DNA of 64,000 bases, taken from positions 97,049 through 161,048 of the forward strand of contig JABHLR010000005.1 of the NCBI GenBank assembly GCA_018693315.1, in the 5' to 3' direction. Under the pieces are notes generated by a model, which did not search any database, was not told the DNA's origin, and saw only the letters and a list, made by a program, of their open reading frames with translations. The stretch's first letter is position 1; each line of letters opens with the position of its first letter. A program made the position numbers and the translations under genes. The stretch is from an archaeon (GTDB lineage: Archaea > Nanobdellota > Nanobdellia > Pacearchaeales > GW2011-AR1). This document shows positions 54,190-62,933 of the stretch, in pieces.

Positions 54190-54266
54190 GTATAGAGTTG
54201 AGAAATGATGCTTATAAGAATTATCGTGATGGTTAAGTCTATAAATCGTTTTGGCGTCTTCTGAGA

Positions 54267-55283
54267 ATGGTAAGAGTGCGTTATAGTTTCGGGTCTAGGC
54301 ATACTGGTAGGATTAGTAATATTAAGAAGCAGCGGGGCAAGTATCCGGCTGTGATGAGGGATGTGGTTAGGATTTCGGATATTGTGCTTGAGATTTTGGA
54401 TGCGCGTTATGTTGAGGAGACTAGGAACTTGGAAGTTGAGGCGGATGTTTTGCGGCAGGGGAAGAAGTTGATTTTTGTTTTGAATAAATCGGATTTGGTT
54501 GATGAGAAGGATGTTAAGTTGCCTAAGGATATGCGGCCGTTTGTTTTTATTTCGGCGACTAAGGGGAAGGGGAGTAGGGATTTGAAGGGGAAGATACAGA
54601 TGGAAGCTAAGCGGATTCTTAAGGCGTTTTCTGAGGGGACTCAGAAAATGGGGGCGGATAAGAAATCTGGCAAGTTTAGTAAGATTAAGGATAAGGAGAA
54701 GCGGGATGCGTTGGCTAAGGCTGAGAAGGGGAAGGTCGTGAAGAGTGTGCGTTCTGAGAGGCGGGTTCATGTTGGGGTGATTGGGTATCCGAATGCGGGG
54801 AAGAGTTCTGTGATTAATATGATAACGAAGCGTGCTGTGGCTAAGACGGCGAAACAGGCGGGTTTTACGAAGGGGATGCAGAAGATTCGGATGTCGGAAG
54901 GAATACTTATTTTGGATACGCCTGGGGTGATTCCTGCTTCGGAGTATTCGACTGAGGTTGGTTCGTTTGCTAAGGATGTGAAGGTTGGAGGGCGGACTTA
55001 TAGTGATGTTAAGGATCCTGAGGATGTTGTGTTTTATTTGATCAGTGCTCCTGAGCCTGAGGATGCGGATAGTGTGACTAAGGAAGAGCAGGCTAAGATT
55101 GATGAGGCGGCGCGGAACGCGGCGGCGATTGCTGCTTTCTATGATATTGATAACGAGGGAGTTAATGAGATGATAGAGGAGTTGGGTAAGAAGAAAGGGT
55201 TTTTGGGGAAGGGTGGTAAGGTTGATGTTGATAGGACTGCTAGGATTATTTTGAGGGATTGGCAGTTGGGGGAGATTAAGTAG
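54267..55283 (+). CDS. circularly permuted GTPase (YlqF/RbgA/Nug-type ribosome-biogenesis GTPase)
   Basis: Motif order is G4 (NKSDLV), G1 (GYPNAGKSS), G3 (DTPGV). Confidence 0.85.
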   Translation: MVRVRYSFGSRHTGRISNIKKQRGKYPAVMRDVVRISDIVLEILDARYVEETRNLEVEADVLRQGKKLIFVLNKSDLVDEKDVKLPKDMRPFVFISATKGKGSRDLKGKIQMEAKRILKAFSEGTQKMGADKKSGKFSKIKDKEKRDALAKAEKGKVVKSVRSERRVHVGVIGYPNAGKSSVINMITKRAVAKTAKQAGFTKGMQKIRMSEGILILDTPGVIPASEYSTEVGSFAKDVKVGGRTYSDVKDPEDVVFYLISAPEPEDADSVTKEEQAKIDEAARNAAAIAAFYDIDNEGVNEMIEELGKKKGFLGKGGKVDVDRTARIILRDWQLGEIK

Positions 55284-55284
55284 G

Positions 55285-58032
55285 ATGGCAGAAAAAATGA
55301 CTGAAGCTAAGACTCGGAAAGATCTTATTGATCCAATTCTTTTTGATCGAGTTGGATGGAGGAAGGAGTATGTTATTGAGGAACCTAATGCGGTTAAATC
55401 AAATTTCAAGACAAAGGAATTCAAATATATTGGTGATGAGACTGAAGATGGAGAGAATAGGTTCATAGATTATTTGTTATTAGATGAACAAAGAAATCCT
55501 GTTGCGATTATTGAAGCAAAGAAAACTTCTGTTGATATTGAGAAGGGAGAGATTCAAGGAAGGACTTATCGGGAAGATGTAGAGAAACAGGTGGGATTTA
55601 AGGTTCCTGTTTTCTTGACTAATGGCAAAACTTGGTACTATGTTGACATTGATGATACGAGAAGGAAGATCTTGTTGCCTTTTTCTCAGAAAGATCTACA
55701 GAGGATTGTCAGTTTGCAGAAGAAAAGAAAGGATCCTTCAAAGGTTAAGATTAATTCTAAGATTGTTGATAGACATAGAAGTATTGAGGCAGTTAAGCAA
55801 GTTCTGGAGCATTTTGGGAATGGGAAAAGGTCGGCTCTGATAAATATGGCGACTGGTACGGGAAAGACTCGTGTTGCTATGGGGATTATTGATGGACTTC
55901 GAAAAGCTGATTATGTTCAAAAGATATTATTTGTGGTTGATCGGACTGCGTTATCAAATCAAGCGAAAGAAAAAGGGTTCAAGAAATTTTTCCCTAATGA
56001 CCCAGTTGTAGAATTGAATGAAGAAGGTTTTAGTGATACTGCCCGAATCTATGTTTCAACGATTCAGACGCTGATGGCTAACATGAAACCTAGAGGTAAA
56101 GTTTATGAGAAATTTGGGGCTGGTGCTTTTGATTTGATTATCTTTGACGAGGCGCATCGTTCGATTTACGATAAGAATCATTCGGTTATGAAATATTTTG
56201 ATGCGCTTAAGATCGGGTTGACGGCTACGCCATTGACTGCGGATATGAGAGATACCACAACGTTTGATTTGTTTGATTGTGACGAAGGGAAGCCTACTGT
56301 TAGATACGATTATGATCAGGCCGTGAGAGATGAGGTTTTGGCTCCTTATGTTGCGGAAGTTATTGAGACAAAGGTGTTATCTTTGGGAATTGAAGGAAAG
56401 ACGTTGAGCAAAGAGCTTCAAGATAGATTAAAGAAACAGGAGGAAGATCCTGAGCATTTTGAGACTCCGGGTTCTAAGTTTGAAAAGTTATTTACTGATG
56501 AGAAGACAAACGAATTGATTGTTCGAGAGTTTATGGATAGATGTTATATGTCTGGAGGGAGACCATGTAAAACTATTTTCTTTTGTGCTAGTGTTAAACA
56601 TGCGGAATCCTTAGAGTTGATTTTTCAGAGATTGTATCCGGGATTGGCGAAGGACGTTAAGGTTATTGTTTCTAATCGGGCTCGCTATATGGACGAGGTT
56701 AAAAGATTTGAGAAACGTGATTCTCCGCGGATTGCTTTGTCTGTTGGAGTTTTGGATACTGGAGTTGACGTTCCTGAGATTATGAACTTGGTTTTTGTAA
56801 AGCCGGTGATGTCTAAGGTTCGGTTTTGGCAAATGCTTGGTCGGGGGACTAGGAATTTTGAGGCATGTGACCATAAGGATTGGCTTCCGAATAAAGATGG
56901 CGTTTCTGCTAAGAATGATTTTTATATTATGGATTTTATGTTTGGGAGTTTTTCGAATATTCATTATCATGGATTGGATCCGGCTATGAAGAAGGCTAGT
57001 GGGCAGGATGTGAAGACGCGGGTTTTTTTGGATAGGGTTGATTTATTGAAGAAAGATTTGGACGATAAGGAGAAGGGAATTGTTGAGAAGCAGATTCGGG
57101 AAACGATTAAGGAGATTGATGTAGATTCGCCATTGATTCTTGAGAAGAAGGAGATGATCAAGAAAGTTGTTTCTATTAAATTTGACTTGGCGAAACATAT
57201 TGACAAGTTGAAGAATGAGATTGCGCCGCTTTTGATTTATTCGAAGAGTGAGAACTCGAAGGTTTATGCTTTTGTTGGTAAGTGTGTTAAGTTGTTTGAT
57301 TATACGAAGGAGGGTGACTTGGAGAAAGTTGAGAAGGTGAAGAAGTTTGTTGTTGAGCGGGCGGAGACTATTTGGGATAAGAATCTTGAGGCGATCTTGG
57401 CGAAGCGGGATGATTTGATTGAGATCCAGAAGGATGAGTATTGGGAAGATTTGACATATGATGATATTGATTTTATGATTCGGGAAATTGCCCCTTTGAT
57501 GATTTATTATGAGAAGCCTAGGAGAGGGATGTTGAAAGTTAATGCGCCCGATGCTGTTATTGGGGTTGAAGAGGTTAAGAAGAAGCTGAAAGAAGATCCT
57601 GAATATGAAGAGTTTGTAACTGATCCTTTGATGTTGAAAATTAAGAATGGCGATGGGGTTACTTCGAAGGAGCTTTTGGAGATTGAGGCAGCTTTGAGGG
57701 CGAAGAATTCACGGCTTACTATTGAGAATATTCAGGAGAGGGAGGATTTTGTTTTGTTTTTGAGGGCGCTTATTGATGTTAAGGATTTGCCTGATCCCAA
57801 GGAGATGATTAAGTGGGAGTTTGATAAGCACGTGATTGATCGGAATGAGCATTATAATTCTGAGCAGTTGAAGTTTTTGAGGAATCTTGAGGAGGTTTTT
57901 GTTCGGGCGAAGCATATTGAATTGAAGAGTTTCGCAGAGCATCCTTTGGCTGATGGAAGACCCCTTGATTTATTTAGTCGGGAGCAATTAGAGAAGGTTG
58001 TTGAGAAGTGCAATGGGTTGAAGTGGAAATAG
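55285..58032 (+). CDS. hsdR: type I restriction enzyme R subunit
   Basis: HSDR_N-like N-terminus (TRKDLIDPILFDRVGW), helicase motif I MATGTGKTRVA, motif II FDEAHRS. 915 aa. Confidence 0.9.
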   Translation: MAEKMTEAKTRKDLIDPILFDRVGWRKEYVIEEPNAVKSNFKTKEFKYIGDETEDGENRFIDYLLLDEQRNPVAIIEAKKTSVDIEKGEIQGRTYREDVEKQVGFKVPVFLTNGKTWYYVDIDDTRRKILLPFSQKDLQRIVSLQKKRKDPSKVKINSKIVDRHRSIEAVKQVLEHFGNGKRSALINMATGTGKTRVAMGIIDGLRKADYVQKILFVVDRTALSNQAKEKGFKKFFPNDPVVELNEEGFSDTARIYVSTIQTLMANMKPRGKVYEKFGAGAFDLIIFDEAHRSIYDKNHSVMKYFDALKIGLTATPLTADMRDTTTFDLFDCDEGKPTVRYDYDQAVRDEVLAPYVAEVIETKVLSLGIEGKTLSKELQDRLKKQEEDPEHFETPGSKFEKLFTDEKTNELIVREFMDRCYMSGGRPCKTIFFCASVKHAESLELIFQRLYPGLAKDVKVIVSNRARYMDEVKRFEKRDSPRIALSVGVLDTGVDVPEIMNLVFVKPVMSKVRFWQMLGRGTRNFEACDHKDWLPNKDGVSAKNDFYIMDFMFGSFSNIHYHGLDPAMKKASGQDVKTRVFLDRVDLLKKDLDDKEKGIVEKQIRETIKEIDVDSPLILEKKEMIKKVVSIKFDLAKHIDKLKNEIAPLLIYSKSENSKVYAFVGKCVKLFDYTKEGDLEKVEKVKKFVVERAETIWDKNLEAILAKRDDLIEIQKDEYWEDLTYDDIDFMIREIAPLMIYYEKPRRGMLKVNAPDAVIGVEEVKKKLKEDPEYEEFVTDPLMLKIKNGDGVTSKELLEIEAALRAKNSRLTIENIQEREDFVLFLRALIDVKDLPDPKEMIKWEFDKHVIDRNEHYNSEQLKFLRNLEEVFVRAKHIELKSFAEHPLADGRPLDLFSREQLEKVVEKCNGLKWK

Positions 58033-58117
58033 TTCCGTAATTTAGCAGAATTGTGCAAAAAAGGTGTTTACATGTTTTCATGGGAATATTTATATAGTGA
58101 GGTATTATAGTTACGTT

Positions 58118-58303
58118 ATGAAAGATCAAAATGATTTGTGGGGCGAGGAGAGGAAGGTTGTTTCTAGTAGGCTTTACCGTCCTGAGTTTGCTAATTTTAC
58201 TAAGATATGTGAGAGTGAGGGGAAGAGTGTGAATGCAAAGCTGAGGGAAATGATTCGGAAAGAAGTTAATGAAAAGATGGGGGATGTGTTGCAGAATGGA
58301 TAA
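58118..58303 (+). CDS. ribbon-helix-helix (CopG-like) small protein
   Basis: KVVSSRLYRPEFANFTKICESEGKSVNAKLREMIRKEV fits a beta-strand/helix/helix pattern. Its stop overlaps the hsdS start (ATGGATAA). Confidence 0.55.
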   Translation: MKDQNDLWGEERKVVSSRLYRPEFANFTKICESEGKSVNAKLREMIRKEVNEKMGDVLQNG

Positions 58304-59420
58304 TTGGAAAGAATTTGAATTGGGGGAAATAATTGAATTTATTCGTAATGGCGCAAACATGAAACAATCTAAGGAAGGAAAGTTTCCCATAACTCGTATA
58401 GAAACTATCTGGAATGCTAAGATTGATGAAAAAAGGGTAAAATTCTGTGATCCTTCGAATGAAGCTATTAAAAAATATTCTTTAATTTATGGAGATATAT
58501 TATTCAGTCATATTAATAGCCCCTCACACATAGGGAAAACTGCAATTTATCTAGGAAGTCCAGAAGTCTTAATCCATGGAATAAATTTACTTCTTATTCG
58601 GCCAAATAAAGAATTTGTTGATCCAAAGTATTTGGAGAGATTTCTTAAAACAAGGGATGTGAGAAGGTTTTTTGAGCTTAGATGTAAAAAGGCTGTTAAT
58701 CAGGCTAGTCTTAATCAAGGAGCTATTCTCCCAACTAAAGTTCCAATTCCATTACTTAAAGATGGAACTCCTGATTTAGAGAAGCAAAAGCAGATTGTTG
58801 CGATATTGGAAAAGGCGGAGGGGTTGAAGGATAAGCGGAAGGGGTTGGATGAATTGTTTGATGAATATTCGAAGAGTATTTTTTATGAGATGTTTTTGAA
58901 GGAGAAGGGTAAATTTGAAGAGGTCTTCGGGAAAGATCTTTTTGATTTAGCTTACGGAAAAGGATTATCTGGAAAAGATAGGTCTGGTTTGGGATTTGCA
59001 GTCTATGGTTCGAACGGTGTTGTCGGCTATCATGAGAAAGCTTTAGTGAATGGTCCAGGTATTATTGTTGGAAGGAAGGGATCGATAGGAGAGATAAACT
59101 TTTCTAAGGAAGATTTTTGGCCGATAGACACAACATACTATCTTATTCCAAAGAAAGATCTTGACTGGACTTTTTTGTTTTATTTGTTAATGTTTACCAG
59201 ACTTAAACATCTCAATAAATCCGCAGCGGTTCCTGGATTAAATCGTAACGACGTATACACTATAAAGTTTAGTTATCCGCCAATGGAACTTCAGGGAAAA
59301 TTTGCTTCGATTGTTGAGCAGGCTGAGAAGATTAAGGATAAATTAAAAGATGAAAAGAAGGATTCTGATGAGTTGTTTAATGCTTTGATGCAGAAGGCTT
59401 TTTCGGGGGAGTTGATATGA
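58296..59420 (+). CDS. hsdS: type I R-M specificity subunit
   Basis: Two target-recognition halves, separated by and ending in conserved helices (QKQIVAILEKAEGLKDKRKG; QGKFASIVEQAEKIKDKLK...MQKAFSGEL). Confidence 0.85.
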   Translation: MDNWKEFELGEIIEFIRNGANMKQSKEGKFPITRIETIWNAKIDEKRVKFCDPSNEAIKKYSLIYGDILFSHINSPSHIGKTAIYLGSPEVLIHGINLLLIRPNKEFVDPKYLERFLKTRDVRRFFELRCKKAVNQASLNQGAILPTKVPIPLLKDGTPDLEKQKQIVAILEKAEGLKDKRKGLDELFDEYSKSIFYEMFLKEKGKFEEVFGKDLFDLAYGKGLSGKDRSGLGFAVYGSNGVVGYHEKALVNGPGIIVGRKGSIGEINFSKEDFWPIDTTYYLIPKKDLDWTFLFYLLMFTRLKHLNKSAAVPGLNRNDVYTIKFSYPPMELQGKFASIVEQAEKIKDKLKDEKKDSDELFNALMQKAFSGELI

Positions 59421-60061
59421 ACAAACTATTTTTTATTTTATTAATTGGATTGGTTTTGATTGGTTTTGTTAGTGCGGGAGACGATATGAAAAAATATCTT
59501 GCGCAGACAATTTATGAGGATTGTCAAGGTCATGACATTGATGTTCGTCCATTGGGTTGGCATTATACAACCACAAACGAATCCATCCCTTTCTTAGAAT
59601 GGCCGAATTATGACTTAAATTATCTCTATCAGATAACAAGTTTTATTGTTGACCGTGAACCCTTTTCACTTACTCTTTCTAGTGGGGCGGAAGGTATAAC
59701 TCTTCTATCGTGTAATGGAAAGAATCTTGCCGTTAATCTTTATACTTACAGGTGGGGAGGGGAGAGGGTTGACCCTTTTAGTTACAATGTACAAAATTTT
59801 GAAAATTATGTAGACAACCGTATACTGCAATATGCTAATATGAATGGGAGCTATAAGTCTCAAAATTACCAATGTACAAATGGGAATTGTACTGGAGGTA
59901 ACTACCAATATAATTTATTTTCAGACAATAACTTTTATATTACAATTGCCTTTTCAATAGGACTTTCATTAATCTCTATAACTTTTTTTGAGCTCGGATT
60001 AAGATTTTATAAAAAACGAAAGAAGAAAACAACTAAAAAGAAGAAAGGTGATAAAGAATAA
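59417..60061 (+). CDS. secreted, C-terminally anchored protein embedded in the hsd operon
   Basis: Signal peptide MNKLFFILLIGLVLIGFVSAG, Asn/Tyr-rich ectodomain, TM segment ITIAFSIGLSLISITFF, and a KKRKKKTTKKKKG tail. Start and stop overlap hsdS and hsdM. Confidence 0.7.
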   Translation: MNKLFFILLIGLVLIGFVSAGDDMKKYLAQTIYEDCQGHDIDVRPLGWHYTTTNESIPFLEWPNYDLNYLYQITSFIVDREPFSLTLSSGAEGITLLSCNGKNLAVNLYTYRWGGERVDPFSYNVQNFENYVDNRILQYANMNGSYKSQNYQCTNGNCTGGNYQYNLFSDNNFYITIAFSIGLSLISITFFELGLRFYKKRKKKTTKKKKGDKE

Positions 60062-61515
60062 TGGTAGGACTTGAACAAGAATTAAAATCGAAAGTTAGAG
60101 GGCTTTGGGATAAGTTTTGGAGTGGTGGAATTTCTAATCCGCTTCAGGCTATTGAGCAGATTTCTTATTTGATTTACATGAAGAAGCTTGAGGATAAGGA
60201 TGTTCTGGAAGAGCAGAATGCTATTTTGAAGGGTGAAACTTTCAAGTCTATTTTTGAGAAACACAAAGATTGTCGATGGAGTGAGTGGTCGCAGTATTCT
60301 TCTGATAAGATCCTGGATCATGTTCGGGATGTTGTGTTTAAGTTTATGAGGGAATTGGGAGAGGAAGATACTCTTTATTCTGAATATATGAAGGATGCTA
60401 GTTTTTCTTTGCCGACGGCTTCACTTTTGATTGAGTCTATGAATATAATTAATGATATGCATATTAAGGAGCAGAATCAGGATACCCAGGGAGATATTTA
60501 TGAGTATTTGCTTTCGGAATTATCTACTGCTGGGAAAAATGGGCAGTTTAGGACGCCTAGACATATTATTCAGATGATGGTTGAGCTTGCTAATCCGGAG
60601 TATGGTGACAGGGTTATGGATCCGGCTTGTGGGACTGCGGGGTTTTTGGTTAGTGCGTATGAGCATATATTGAAGGCGAACAGGAAGGATGGAGTTAGTG
60701 TTTTGACGCCGGCTAAGAAGAAGATTTTGGATGAAGATACTTTTTACGGATATGATATTGATCGGACAATGGTTAGGATTGCTTTGATGAATTTGATGAT
60801 GCATGGAATAACAAATCCGAAGATTTCTCGGACAGATACTTTATCTAAGAGATATAATGAGAATGGAACTTATGATATAATTTTAGCTAATCCTCCGTTT
60901 AAAGGGTCCATTGATGTTAGTGAGCAGAGTGATGAGTTTACTGTTAAGACTAAGAAGACAGAGTTGTTGTTTTTGGAGTTGATGCATAATTCTTTATCTA
61001 ATGGGGGGCGGTGTGCTGTGATTATTCCGGACGGAGTTTTGTTTGGTAATTCTAAGGCACATCAGGGAATTAGAAAGATGTTGTTGGAAGAATGCCGATT
61101 AGATGCTGTTATCTCAATGCCTTCGGGAGTGTTTAAGCCATATGCTGGAGTTTCTACTGCGGTTTTATATTTTACAAAGGGTGAGCCGACAAAGGAAGTT
61201 TGGTTTTATGACATGCAGGCTGATGGGTTTAGTTTGGATGATAAGAGGAATCCTATTGAAGCGAATGATGTTCCAGATATTCTGACGAGTTTTAATAAAA
61301 GGAAAGATGAAGATAATACTGATCGGAAGGCTAAACATTTTATGGTTCCTGTGGAAGAGATTAGGGAGAATAATTTTGATTTGAGTTTGTCTAAGTACAA
61401 GGAGCATGTTTATGAGGAAGAGGTTTATCGGGAGCCTAAAGTTATATTGAAAGAGATTGGGAAAGTTCATTCTGAATTGAGTAAGGATATTGAAGAGTTG
61501 AAGAAGTTGGTTTAG
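60061..61515 (+). CDS. hsdM: type I R-M N6-adenine DNA methyltransferase subunit
   Basis: Motif I DPACGTAGFL, motif IV NPPF, HsdM N-terminal helical domain. Confidence 0.92.
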   Translation: MVGLEQELKSKVRGLWDKFWSGGISNPLQAIEQISYLIYMKKLEDKDVLEEQNAILKGETFKSIFEKHKDCRWSEWSQYSSDKILDHVRDVVFKFMRELGEEDTLYSEYMKDASFSLPTASLLIESMNIINDMHIKEQNQDTQGDIYEYLLSELSTAGKNGQFRTPRHIIQMMVELANPEYGDRVMDPACGTAGFLVSAYEHILKANRKDGVSVLTPAKKKILDEDTFYGYDIDRTMVRIALMNLMMHGITNPKISRTDTLSKRYNENGTYDIILANPPFKGSIDVSEQSDEFTVKTKKTELLFLELMHNSLSNGGRCAVIIPDGVLFGNSKAHQGIRKMLLEECRLDAVISMPSGVFKPYAGVSTAVLYFTKGEPTKEVWFYDMQADGFSLDDKRNPIEANDVPDILTSFNKRKDEDNTDRKAKHFMVPVEEIRENNFDLSLSKYKEHVYEEEVYREPKVILKEIGKVHSELSKDIEELKKLV

Positions 61516-61635
61516 ATATTTTTTGGAACGTAGTGATTCTGTGAATAAGATAGGCAGTTAGACTGGGCGAAAAGATCCATATATCTTGACTGTTATCCCG
61601 CCCGTCTGCTCGTTAGTTGAACAAGTTACACAAGA

Positions 61636-61663
61636 TTAGTTGAATAATTTACGGGAGACGAAG
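61636..61663 (+). repeat. 27-28 bp direct repeat with TATA-like core, copy 1
   Basis: ttagttgaataatttacgggagacgaag. Matches 62114..62140 except for a 1-nt indel. Confidence 0.75.
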
Positions 61664-61856
61664 TCGATTGTGGAGCGAATGCGATATGGATGGAGATGTG
61701 GGGTGTGGCGATTGTGGCGTCTGGGGGTGCGGATTGTTACGACGGGGGGTCGCGCTGCGGCAAGTACCTTCTGTGGAAGGCAGATTGTTTTTTCAAGGCA
61801 GGGGATGGGAACTGGGGCACGATAATTTTTAAATAACTTAATTCGCTTTTTTTGGG

Positions 61857-62117
61857 ATGTCAAAAGATATGCCGTTGTTTGAAAATATAGAAACGCCTGA
61901 TGCGATTTGTGAGCCCTGTCCTGAATGTAGAGGTTCTGGTTATGAGGCTATTATTGATGATAGCGATAGGAAAAATCCGGTGACCTATGTTCCTTGTGAG
62001 TTTTGTTCAGGGTATCAGTGTTTTGAGAAGAATGGTACTGAGCTTTATCGTGGGCCTTGTCCTGAAACTTGTGGGATTAATCGGGAAAGTTACAAAGAGA
62101 ATTATCCGAATATTTAG
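61857..62117 (+). CDS. small Cys-rich zinc-finger protein (DnaJ-type CxxCxGxG-like)
   Basis: CEPCPECRGSGYE...VPCEFCSGYQC. 86 aa. Confidence 0.55.
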   Translation: MSKDMPLFENIETPDAICEPCPECRGSGYEAIIDDSDRKNPVTYVPCEFCSGYQCFEKNGTELYRGPCPETCGINRESYKENYPNI

Positions 62118-62140
62118 TTGAATAATTTACGGGAGCGAAG
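62114..62140 (+). repeat. 27-28 bp direct repeat with TATA-like core, copy 2
   Basis: ttagttgaataatttacgggagcgaag. Overlaps the stop of 61857..62117. Confidence 0.75.
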
Positions 62141-62156
62141 CGATGGTGAGAAGTGA

Positions 62157-62450
62157 TTAAAGGCTGCATGTCCCAGCGGAATAGTGGCACCTGGTTCTTG
62201 ATACGGTAGAGTGATAAGGGCAGTCGGATCCTCTTTCGAAATATTTTCCTAGCATGCTGCAATATTTTCGTTCTGGCGGCGCTTGTCTTGTTTGATTTTG
62301 TCTTCTGTCTCTTGCGACAAGTTCTGCGGCTCTTTCTTCTGCTCGGCTTTGCTTTGCGTATTTGTTTACGTGGACTGCGCCTCCTGCGACCTGTCCGTCT
62401 TTTCTAAGTCTTTTTCCGCCTTTCCCTTTTCTTCTGCTTTTTCCGCTCAT
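62157..62450 (-). CDS. basic hypothetical protein (uncertain)
   Basis: MSGKSRRKGKGGKRLRKDG... No motif recognised and an alternative frame exists on the opposite strand. Confidence 0.3.
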   Translation of the reverse strand: MSGKSRRKGKGGKRLRKDGQVAGGAVHVNKYAKQSRAEERAAELVARDRRQNQTRQAPPERKYCSMLGKYFERGSDCPYHSTVSRTRCHYSAGTCSL

Positions 62451-62538
62451 GGGTTTTTTATGGAGGTTTTGTTTTATAAGGATTGTTGTGGTGGTGTGGA
62501 ACAATGAAATTTATAAAGTTGAATTTGTGCTTAATTGT

Positions 62539-62868
62539 ATGATAAGTGTTGGAGGAATGGATATAACATTGATGACTTTTCAGACAGTTCCGGATTCTGA
62601 ATGTCCTATGAGGCAAGCGGTTAGAAAGGCCCTCGCTGCTACTTTGGATGGGAAGGTTGAATGGAAAAAAACTGATGCGAATCGTTATGAGGCTGAGGTT
62701 CCTATGGGTTCAGATTCTAAACATGTTGTTGTTGTTAGAGAAGAGATTGCGAGTCTTGGTTCCCCAAATGGTAAGTATAATTTTAGGGCTGGTGATATGT
62801 TACCTGTTCTTCGTAATACTCAGTATGCTCCTGTTGCTGATTTGGGTCAGCTTGTTTGTGACGATTAG
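62539..62868 (+). CDS. hypothetical protein
   Basis: Two candidate ATGs (62539, or 62557 after GGAGGA). No motif recognised. Confidence 0.45.
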   Translation: MISVGGMDITLMTFQTVPDSECPMRQAVRKALAATLDGKVEWKKTDANRYEAEVPMGSDSKHVVVVREEIASLGSPNGKYNFRAGDMLPVLRNTQYAPVADLGQLVCDD

Positions 62869-62933
62869 ATATCGTCACTATTTAGTAATTACATAATGCA
62901 TAGACTTATAAGGCTACTTTTGGGTTTTTAGTT

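Noticed and set aside
54186-55466. 426-aa minus-strand ORF spanning the GTPase gene and the hsdR start.
   Set aside because: It is a shadow ORF. Its sequence is low-complexity (L/I/S/P/N/R runs), whereas the plus strand carries clear cpGTPase and HsdR motifs.
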